DNA of 64,000 nt from an uncultured Christiangramia sp. (GTDB taxonomy: Bacteria > Bacteroidota > Bacteroidia > Flavobacteriales > Flavobacteriaceae), in the NCBI GenBank assembly GCA_964456105.1, contig CAYWAB010000003.1, positions 2,965 to 66,964 on the forward strand. The letters are read 5' to 3'. The notes below the pieces were generated by a model that did no database searches, had not been told where the DNA came from, and saw only the letters and a program-made list of their open reading frames with translations. The position numbers were made by a program, and so were the translations under genes. Below, piece by piece: positions 19,232-26,516 of the stretch (positions are counted from its first letter, which is position 1; each line of letters opens with the position of its first letter).

Positions 19232-19741
19232 TTACTCTGAATCCAGTGTCCTGAAATATTCAAGGATCTGCCTGGCTTCCTCTTCAGTAAGATTTTGATT
19301 GGCCATCGGAGATCCGTTGTGCTCTATCAGTAATTGTTTCGCAATAGGGTCCTTTCTGATCATTTCCTCCGGATTTAACATCATATTCATTACCCATTCC
19401 GGTGACCTCCTGTCGAGAACTCCTGCAGGTGCCGGACCAATGAATTTTTTGTTTGGCTTATGGCAGGCAAGACATTTGGAATCAAATATCACTTTCCCTT
19501 TTTCAGCCATAGAATGATCTATCTCATCTGGAAGTTCCAGATTTTTAACGGGACCGATACCTTTATTGCTCATATCGTTCATGTCTACTGAAGAAGTGCT
19601 TGTCTCAGCTTTTACGACCTCTTCTTTTTTTGAATAGTTTCCAAGCTGGACTTCATTGGATTCCTTTTTTTCTTCACTGTTTCCGCAACTTACAAGAGCG
19701 ATTAAAGTGATCGCCCAGATGCTGTTTATTATATACTTCAT
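19232..19741 (-). CDS. Monoheme cytochrome c lipoprotein, first gene of the nos operon
   Basis: Lipobox LVSC, CLACH, IGP, distal Met in SPMANQ. Confidence 0.92.
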   Translation of the reverse strand: MKYIINSIWAITLIALVSCGNSEEKKESNEVQLGNYSKKEEVVKAETSTSSVDMNDMSNKGIGPVKNLELPDEIDHSMAEKGKVIFDSKCLACHKPNKKFIGPAPAGVLDRRSPEWVMNMMLNPEEMIRKDPIAKQLLIEHNGSPMANQNLTEEEARQILEYFRTLDSE

Positions 19742-19767
19742 GGTGGTTGACGTTTAAATATTCCTTT

Positions 19768-19810
19768 CAAAAGTACCAGAGAAGAAGCAGGTAAAATATG
19801 ACATAAATCA
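19768..19810 (-). promoter_or_regulatory. Crp/Fnr-type box plus -7 element of the nos operon
   Basis: TGACATAAATCA 19799-19810, 23-nt spacer, TACTTTTG (minus, 19775-19768). Confidence 0.75.
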
Positions 19811-19812
19811 TA

Positions 19813-19834
19813 TTTCGGATAAAAATGTCCTTTA
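19813..19834. promoter_or_regulatory. Candidate Rrf2 operator GGAYA-N4-TRTCC
   Basis: Imperfect palindrome TTTCGGATAAAAATGTCCTTTA, 2 nt from the Crp/Fnr box. Confidence 0.5.
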
Positions 19835-19875
19835 TTAGCGAAATCCTGGAAATACTAGATGAAAACTGGAAGAAA

Positions 19876-19918
19876 TGACAATTATCATGTAGGACTAATT
19901 CGCCGCTGTTTAACTTTG
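19876..19918 (+). promoter_or_regulatory. Crp/Fnr-type box plus -7 element of deoC-deoD
   Basis: TGACAATTATCA 19876-19887, 23-nt spacer, TAACTTTG 19911-19918. Confidence 0.72.
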
Positions 19919-19979
19919 AAATCCGGGAACGATAAATCCCGAAAATCCCTATTTTAGAACTTTAGTAATTAAATGATGT

Positions 19980-20630
19980 ATGAAAATTAACACTTATATA
20001 GACCATACACTGCTTTCACCTACTGCCGGAAGGGAGGAAATCAAAAATTTATGTGATGAAGCCATCGATCACCAATTCTTTGCTGTTTGTGTGAATTCCT
20101 GCTTTGTGAAACTTGCAAAGGAAGTGCTGAAGGAATCACCGGTAAAGGTTGCGACAACCATAGGTTTCCCGCTGGGGGCATGTTCTCCTGAAGCTAAAAT
20201 AGAAGAGACCAGGCAGGCGATAAAAGATGGTACAGATGAAATAGATATGGTAATTAATATCGGATTTCTAAAAGATGGCCGGCACGAAGAAGTAAGGGAT
20301 GAGATCAGAGCAATTAAAGAAGCCATCGGAAATAAATTATTAAAGGTGATTTTAGAGACCTGTTTCCTTGATGAGGAAGAAATTGCAAAGGCCTCTAAAT
20401 TATCGATGGAAGCAGGGGCAGATTTTATAAAAACATCTACAGGTTTTGGAAGCAGGGGAGCAAGTCATGAAGATATCAGGATCATGAGAAAAGCTGTTGG
20501 AAATAAATTAAGGATAAAAGCTTCGGGAGGAATTCGCGATTTTGAATCTGCGAAAACTTATATTGATCTTGGAGTGGATAGAATAGGAACATCTTCAGGA
20601 ATAAAGATCGTTTCAGGAAATAAAAGATAG
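19980..20630 (+). CDS. deoC: Deoxyribose-phosphate aldolase
   Basis: IDHTLL, GFPLG, EIDMV, KVILET, FIKTSTGF, KASGGIR. Confidence 0.96.
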   Translation: MKINTYIDHTLLSPTAGREEIKNLCDEAIDHQFFAVCVNSCFVKLAKEVLKESPVKVATTIGFPLGACSPEAKIEETRQAIKDGTDEIDMVINIGFLKDGRHEEVRDEIRAIKEAIGNKLLKVILETCFLDEEEIAKASKLSMEAGADFIKTSTGFGSRGASHEDIRIMRKAVGNKLRIKASGGIRDFESAKTYIDLGVDRIGTSSGIKIVSGNKR

Positions 20631-20635
20631 AAATT

Positions 20636-21337
20636 ATGAGTCTGCATATAGAAGCCAATAAAGGAGAAATAGCTGAGTCTGTTCTGTTGCCCGGGGATCC
20701 TCTAAGGGCAAAATGGATAGCGGAGACATTCCTTGAAGATGCTGTATGTTATAATAACATAAGGGGAATGTTAGGATATACTGGTTATTTTAATGGAAAG
20801 AGAGTCTCGGTACAGGGAACAGGAATGGGAATCCCCTCTGCAATGATATACTTTAATGAGCTCATAAAAGATTATGGGGTTAAAAATTTAATAAGAGTAG
20901 GTAGTGCGGGTTCATTTCAATCGGATATCGCCCTTATGGATATTGTTATTGCCATGTCTGCTTCTACAAATTCCTCCATAAATAAATCGGTATTTGGAAA
21001 TGCAAGTTTTGCTCCTACAGTTAATTACGATCTTTTCAGTAAAGCTACTTCCTATGCTTTAAAGAATGGTATAGATTTTAAAGCCGGGAACATACTTTCT
21101 TCAGATATCTTTTATGAAGATGATCCGGATGGTTATAAGAAATGGGCAAAACATGGAGTGTTATGTGTTGAAATGGAAACTGCCGGTTTGTACACCATTG
21201 CAGCCAAACATGGTGTGAAGGCCTTGTCTATCCTAACCATTTCAGATTCTCTTGTAACAAAAGATGAAGCTCCGGCCTTGATAAGAGAGCAAAAGCTGAA
21301 CGAAATGGTGAACATTGCACTTAATTCCATCCAGTAG
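20636..21337 (+). CDS. deoD: Purine-nucleoside phosphorylase
   Basis: LLPGDPLRA, GTGMGIPS, IRVGSAG, VEMETAGLY. Confidence 0.96.
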   Translation: MSLHIEANKGEIAESVLLPGDPLRAKWIAETFLEDAVCYNNIRGMLGYTGYFNGKRVSVQGTGMGIPSAMIYFNELIKDYGVKNLIRVGSAGSFQSDIALMDIVIAMSASTNSSINKSVFGNASFAPTVNYDLFSKATSYALKNGIDFKAGNILSSDIFYEDDPDGYKKWAKHGVLCVEMETAGLYTIAAKHGVKALSILTISDSLVTKDEAPALIREQKLNEMVNIALNSIQ

Positions 21338-21338
21338 G

Positions 21339-21662
21339 CTACCAGAAGATCTTCCAAAGCGCAAAAAATAAGATTGCCAGATTGAGGATAGTTCCAAATT
21401 TGGCATCCTTCCAGTTCACCACTATTAGAGTTTCTGAAAGGATTATCGCCGGAATGATTACTACAGCCCAGATAGTATCATCGATTGCAAAAAGAATAAG
21501 TATCGCAAGGAATAATGTACAGCTAAGGAACCAAAAGAAACCTTCTAAATAGGAAATATCTTTGCTGAGCTGAGGGATTTCTGCCCATCTGAAACCTTTA
21601 ATAAAACCAAGGCTATGAACAAGAGCATGAATGATGAGAATTCCAAAGAAGACGTATTCCAT
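21339..21662 (-). CDS. Small 4-TM hypothetical protein
   Basis: IHALVHSLGF...WKDAKFGT; last gene of the hpf-usp unit. Confidence 0.75.
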   Translation of the reverse strand: MEYVFFGILIIHALVHSLGFIKGFRWAEIPQLSKDISYLEGFFWFLSCTLFLAILILFAIDDTIWAVVIIPAIILSETLIVVNWKDAKFGTILNLAILFFALWKIFW

Positions 21663-21688
21663 AACCCTGGTTTTAAACTTTATATTTT

Positions 21689-22522
21689 TTAAATACGACA
21701 GGTGAGAACTGGGATTTTCGCATGGTTTGCGATATCCTCACCTATACTTCCATAAAAGAAATGAGCAATCCCTTTTCTGCCATGAGTAGGAATAGCAATG
21801 AGATCTATTTTATTTGCATTGCAAAAATTGAAAACCCCATTTTCTAGGGTATAATCATCATAAAAATGGATCTTTTCCATCAATTTCCTGGTATCAGCGC
21901 CAGCTTCTTCCATAAACTTTTGCGCGTCACTTCTCATCTCTGAAGAACTCATGAATTTTTCCGGCAAATTAACGAACAGTAATTCAGGTTCAATTCCAAA
22001 GAATTTAAAGAAGTCTCTGGCGGCGATATAGGCTGATTTTGATTCCACTTCAAAGTCGGTCACAAAAACTGCCTTTTCGATCTTGAAGTCGGGCATCCTT
22101 TCCTTTATTACCAGGACTGGAACTTTTGCGGTACGCACTACCTTCTCGGTGTTAGAGCCCACAAATATCTCCTTAAGTCCGGAGGCACCATGGGAGCCCA
22201 TAACAATAAGTTCTGCCCGGTATTCATTTGCGACATCATCTATCTGGCTAAATGCCTTTGTGTATTTTACCGCCTCCGTTACCCGGATATCCTTCAGGTA
22301 ATCCTTTGCCAGGAATTTTTCAAATTTCTCCTTGGTTAGTTTGGTAAAATAGATCTCATTAAAGGTTTGATTTTTTTCATCACTGGTAAGATATGATTCA
22401 TGGAGCGCCAGCATATGTAGCACCACAATTTCTGCATTTTGCCTTTTTGCAATGCCTGCTGCAACTTCCAGGGCATATTCAGAATGATCTGAAAAATCTA
22501 CGGGTACTAATATCGTTTCCAT
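21689..22522 (-). CDS. Universal stress protein (tandem USP)
   Basis: ILVPVDFS, IVMGSHGASG...VGSNTEKVVR..VPVL. Confidence 0.95.
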   Translation of the reverse strand: METILVPVDFSDHSEYALEVAAGIAKRQNAEIVVLHMLALHESYLTSDEKNQTFNEIYFTKLTKEKFEKFLAKDYLKDIRVTEAVKYTKAFSQIDDVANEYRAELIVMGSHGASGLKEIFVGSNTEKVVRTAKVPVLVIKERMPDFKIEKAVFVTDFEVESKSAYIAARDFFKFFGIEPELLFVNLPEKFMSSSEMRSDAQKFMEEAGADTRKLMEKIHFYDDYTLENGVFNFCNANKIDLIAIPTHGRKGIAHFFYGSIGEDIANHAKIPVLTCRI

Positions 22523-22541
22523 GACTTTTAGTTTTATGGGT

Positions 22542-22841
22542 TTAGAAAGCGGTCATAAGTGCTTTCTTTTTCTTTAACTGCTTTTCTATTTCGGCCAGAG
22601 CCACTTTGAAAGCGTGTTCAAAGTATATTTTGGTGGCAGAGGCAAATAATTTCTTGCCGGGGATACTACATTCAATTTCACAGATGTTGCCATCTCCACT
22701 GGCTGTATTCTCTGTTTTGAAATAGATGTCGATCGCATTGATCATTTCATATTTCGAGGTCAGCTTTTTTAGTTTCTTTTCAGTATATGTATTTAAGGCT
22801 TCACTTGGGGGTATTTTTACGTATTGTACTTGAATAAGCAT
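22542..22841 (-). CDS. HPF/RaiA family ribosome-associated protein
   Basis: SEALNTYTEKKLKKL...IPGKKLFASA...FEHA...EIEKQLKKKK. Confidence 0.85.
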   Translation of the reverse strand: MLIQVQYVKIPPSEALNTYTEKKLKKLTSKYEMINAIDIYFKTENTASGDGNICEIECSIPGKKLFASATKIYFEHAFKVALAEIEKQLKKKKALMTAF

Positions 22842-22864
22842 GGTAGCGTAGTTTTAAGTTTACT

Positions 22865-22907
22865 CAAAGCTAAACCTTGTTCTGCTTTAAAAATATGACC
22901 GCTGTCA
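22865..22907 (-). promoter_or_regulatory. Crp/Fnr-type box plus -7 element of hpf-usp
   Basis: TGACCGCTGTCA 22896-22907, 23-nt spacer, TAGCTTTG (minus, 22872-22865). Confidence 0.75.
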
Positions 22908-22972
22908 GTATTCAAATATTTAGCTAATCCTTAAGAGTAGTTCAGAAGAGAAATGCTTATTTTAAAATAAAA

Positions 22973-23200
22973 ATGAAAAGTTCAGGCATCCTATTTCTAA
23001 CGATTACTACTCTTATTCTGGTGGCCCTTGCGATATTCTCCTATCTGGGTTTTTCATTCTCCCTTATTTATTATCTCATGCTTGTGGGCCAGGCCTTTTT
23101 GATCTTTAGTGTATATAAGGTCCTTACCGATGATTATACGACGAATAAGACTTTTGACGATTTTTATGAGGATCATTCCTTTGACCATGACGAATATTAA
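22973..23200 (+). CDS. Small 2-TM hypothetical protein
   Basis: Two hydrophobic helices and an acidic tail YTTNKTFDDFYEDH. Confidence 0.75.
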   Translation: MKSSGILFLTITTLILVALAIFSYLGFSFSLIYYLMLVGQAFLIFSVYKVLTDDYTTNKTFDDFYEDHSFDHDEY

Positions 23201-23289
23201 AATCAATCTGCCTATTTCTTCCAGTTCTGGTTTATGAACTTCTTAAAAAGTTTTACCTTTAAATCTTGAAATTTATAAGTAATTAGAGT

Positions 23290-24540
23290 TTGCGGGAAAC
23301 TTTTCTGAACAATCCAAATATCTTCGATGTGCTCTTTCAGGCCGCTTCTGAAGGGATTATAGTAGTAGATTCCAGACAAAACGTTGTGGCCGCTAACCAG
23401 GCTGCAGAGGAAATGTTTGGTTATGAGCCCGGGGAACTCATCAATCATCACCTGGATGTTTTGATCCCCAAAGAATACCACCAAAGGCATCACCAGCATT
23501 TTAATAACTTTCTGGATAAAAGCGAGAAGCGCCAGATGGGGCATGGGCGTGATCTGCACGGCGTGAAAAAGGATGGTACTCGTTTTCCCGTGGAAGCAGG
23601 ATTGAATCCCTTTAAGATAGATGATGAGGAGTACGTTATGTCGCTTGTTATAGATATCAGCGTTAGGAGAGAAGCAGAAAGGCAGATACATGAACTGAAT
23701 ACCGAACTGGAAAATAAGATCAAGGTACGCACTAAAGAACTTCGCGAAAGTGTAGAAAAATTACAGAAGGTAAATGTAGATCTCGAAGATGAGGTCAAGA
23801 AGCGTAAGGAAGCAGAAGAAAAGATAAAAGATGCGCTGCAGAAGGAGAAGGAACTAAGTGATTTGAAGACCAAATTCCTTTCCCTGGTTTCTCATGAATT
23901 TAAAACTCCCTTAAGCGGTATCCTAACCTCTGCAACCCTAACAGAGAAATACACGAAGGAGAGTCAACAGGAAAAAAGAGAAAAGCATTTAGTTACAATT
24001 AGGAACAAGGTGCATTACTTGAATAATATTCTGAACGATTTTCTTTCCATAGAAAGACTTGATTCCGGAAAAGGACAGTACAAGTTCTCTGAATTTAGCC
24101 TTAAACGGCTTATCAATGAAGTAGTTTATAATGCAAATATCACCCTTAAGGATGGCCAGGAGATCATTTATCCAAAGGATTTTCCTGAAATAAATCTTTA
24201 TCAGGATGAGAAGATCATTGAACTGATTTTGTCGAATCTCTTAGGAAATGCGATCAAGTATTCTCCCGAGAATACGACAATTAAGTTCAGTGTCGAATTT
24301 GAGGGGGAAAATATTGTTTTTGAAGTGGAAGACCAGGGTAGGGGTATCCCAAAAAAAGACCAAAAGCATATCTTTGAGCGATATTTTCGGGCAGAGAACG
24401 CTCTGTTAGATCAAGGTACGGGAATAGGACTCAATATCGCTAAAGCCCATCTCGAAAATCTTAACGGAAGTATAAGCTTTGTAAGTAAGGAAAATGCAGG
24501 AACCAAATTCACTGTGAAAGTACCTATGAATCAGGGTTGA
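23290..24540 (+). CDS. Soluble PAS histidine kinase (FixL-like)
   Basis: PAS LIPKEYHQRHHQHF...MGHGRDLHGVKKDGTRFPVE; H-box SHEFKTPL; N-box NLLGNAIKYS; GTGIGL. Confidence 0.93.
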   Translation: MRETFLNNPNIFDVLFQAASEGIIVVDSRQNVVAANQAAEEMFGYEPGELINHHLDVLIPKEYHQRHHQHFNNFLDKSEKRQMGHGRDLHGVKKDGTRFPVEAGLNPFKIDDEEYVMSLVIDISVRREAERQIHELNTELENKIKVRTKELRESVEKLQKVNVDLEDEVKKRKEAEEKIKDALQKEKELSDLKTKFLSLVSHEFKTPLSGILTSATLTEKYTKESQQEKREKHLVTIRNKVHYLNNILNDFLSIERLDSGKGQYKFSEFSLKRLINEVVYNANITLKDGQEIIYPKDFPEINLYQDEKIIELILSNLLGNAIKYSPENTTIKFSVEFEGENIVFEVEDQGRGIPKKDQKHIFERYFRAENALLDQGTGIGLNIAKAHLENLNGSISFVSKENAGTKFTVKVPMNQG

Positions 24541-24557
24541 AAATTAATTGAATCTCT

Positions 24558-25604
24558 ATGAAGAAAATTTTGTTAATAGAAGATGATATGACGGTTCGCG
24601 AAAATACTGCAGAACTGTTGGAATTATCCAATTATGAAGTAATTACCGCTTCTAATGGGAAAAAAGGAATTGAGCAGGCTAAACAAAATCTGCCGGATAT
24701 TATCATTTGTGATATCATGATGCCTGAAATTGACGGTTATGGTGTTTTGGAAGCCTTAAGTAAGGATCCTGCGACCGCAAATATTCCTTTCATCTTTTTA
24801 TCAGCAAAGACGGAACATAAGGACATTCGACGAGGAATGGACCTTGGTGCTGATGATTACCTCACAAAACCTTTTGAAGAAGAAGATCTTTTAAGTGCCC
24901 TGGAAAGCAGGCTTGCAAAAGTAGCTATATTAAAGTCCCATCAGGCCAAAAATGAAGATTTTGGCGTTAAAGAGGGTAATCTGAAGAGCCTTGACGACCT
25001 TAGGGAATTTTTTAAGGATTATGATCTTCAAGAATATAAAAAGGGCGAGACGATCTATGAAAAGGGAAAACAATCCAATTACTTTTACCTGGTTAGGCGA
25101 GGAGTGGTTAAAGCTCATCGAATGGACAACCAGGGAAAGGAACTTATTACTGAATTATATAAGGAGGATGATTTCTTTGGAAATCATGCCAATAATCCGC
25201 AATCCTCCTATGAGGATTATGCCACTGCCATGGAGGATACTCAACTCTATGCAATCTCCAGGGAGGAATTCCATAAGATCCTTGCCAGTAATCCCAAGAT
25301 CACCATGCAACTGGTTGAGGTTCTCAACCACAATCTTTCCGAGCTTAAAAAACAGTTGATGGATATGGCTTATGGATCGGTGAGACAGAAGACCGCCAAT
25401 ACCATTTTACTTTTTGCCGAAAGGATCAAAAAACATCCATTAAAGAGTATACGGATTTCTCGTGCAGACCTCGCAGGAGTTGCAGGGATGGCGCCTGAAA
25501 GCCTCATTCGTACATTATCAGAATTCAAGAAGGAAGGCCTTATAGAAATTGAAGGCCGGAATATTAAATTAATGGATTCTGAAGCACTAAAAAATATCAG
25601 GTAA
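24558..25604 (+). CDS. Response regulator with Crp/Fnr output (REC-cNMP-HTH)
   Basis: REC IEDD, ICDIMMP, YLTKPF; Crp HTH ISRADLAGVAGMAPESLIRTLSEF. Confidence 0.93.
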   Translation: MKKILLIEDDMTVRENTAELLELSNYEVITASNGKKGIEQAKQNLPDIIICDIMMPEIDGYGVLEALSKDPATANIPFIFLSAKTEHKDIRRGMDLGADDYLTKPFEEEDLLSALESRLAKVAILKSHQAKNEDFGVKEGNLKSLDDLREFFKDYDLQEYKKGETIYEKGKQSNYFYLVRRGVVKAHRMDNQGKELITELYKEDDFFGNHANNPQSSYEDYATAMEDTQLYAISREEFHKILASNPKITMQLVEVLNHNLSELKKQLMDMAYGSVRQKTANTILLFAERIKKHPLKSIRISRADLAGVAGMAPESLIRTLSEFKKEGLIEIEGRNIKLMDSEALKNIR

Positions 25605-25635
25605 ATTTTCCAAAATTAATTTAATCGGTAAGAAC

Positions 25636-25678
25636 TGACTATTGTCATTTTTCCCGTTCTAGGCTTCGCTTAATTTCG
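25636..25678 (+). promoter_or_regulatory. Crp/Fnr-type box plus -7 element of usp-ccoI
   Basis: TGACTATTGTCA 25636-25647, 23-nt spacer, TAATTTCG 25671-25678. Confidence 0.72.
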
Positions 25679-25698
25679 CTCTTGTTAAGTGATGATCT

Positions 25699-26514
25699 AT
25701 GAACATTTTAATCCTGACCGATTTTTCAGAAGTCTCGGATAATGCCGCTAAATACGCTGTAGATTTTCTTCAGGAAATTCCAGCGAATTTTTTTCTGCTC
25801 AATATTCACGACTTCAATTTTAATAAGTCAGCCAGTGATCTGCTGGAACATCAATTAGTGAACGTACTCCAAAAACTTCAGGATGGAGTACAGGATCTGG
25901 AGTCTTACACTAAGAATCCGGAGCATAAATTCAGTCTAATTCTGTCTTCCGATAATCTCATTAATGCGGTGAGAAAGGCATTAGCTGAGAAGAAGATAGA
26001 CCTCATATTTATAGGGGCGGCAAGTCAGGCTGTTCATCAGCATCCTCTCTTGGGGGACCATGCCTATGAGGTCATCAGGAAGATCAGGTGTAATATAATG
26101 GCCGTTTCCGGAGACAGTAAATATGTTAAGCCGGAGAAATTCGTATTACCCGTAGACTATTCCGTCATCTCCCGTGAAAAGGCTTTTCAACAACTGGAGA
26201 AGACAGAATTTATAGGCTCAGGTAAACTTACCGTAATAGAAGTGGATGAAGACCATCATGAGAAGACCACGAAAGAATTTGCCTGGCCTATAGAACCGGA
26301 TAAATCTCCCGAGAAAACCGAGAATGCAATTCTTAAAATGGGCGAAGCAGAGATCTTTAGCGAGGATCTCCTGATGGAAATCCAGGAAAAATTTGACATG
26401 ATCGTCATCCTGGGAAAAAATCTCAGTGTTTGCGATCACTTCCTGCATGCTAAATACGGACTGGTCTCCAACGTGGATAACACGCTTCCTATCCTTGTAT
26501 TACACGAAAGCTGA
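25699..26514 (+). CDS. Universal stress protein (divergent)
   Basis: ILILTDFS..SDNA..YA, DLIFIG, LPILVLH. Confidence 0.85.
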   Translation: MNILILTDFSEVSDNAAKYAVDFLQEIPANFFLLNIHDFNFNKSASDLLEHQLVNVLQKLQDGVQDLESYTKNPEHKFSLILSSDNLINAVRKALAEKKIDLIFIGAASQAVHQHPLLGDHAYEVIRKIRCNIMAVSGDSKYVKPEKFVLPVDYSVISREKAFQQLEKTEFIGSGKLTVIEVDEDHHEKTTKEFAWPIEPDKSPEKTENAILKMGEAEIFSEDLLMEIQEKFDMIVILGKNLSVCDHFLHAKYGLVSNVDNTLPILVLHES

Positions 26515-26516
26515 TC

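Noticed and set aside
19923-19943. CGGGA...TCCCG short inverted repeat in the deoC leader
   Set aside because: Only about 5 bp of stem and no match to the other operators
23212-23873. Antisense ORFs over the PAS kinase, and similar shadow ORFs throughout the window
   Set aside because: They overlap well-supported genes and show no motifs
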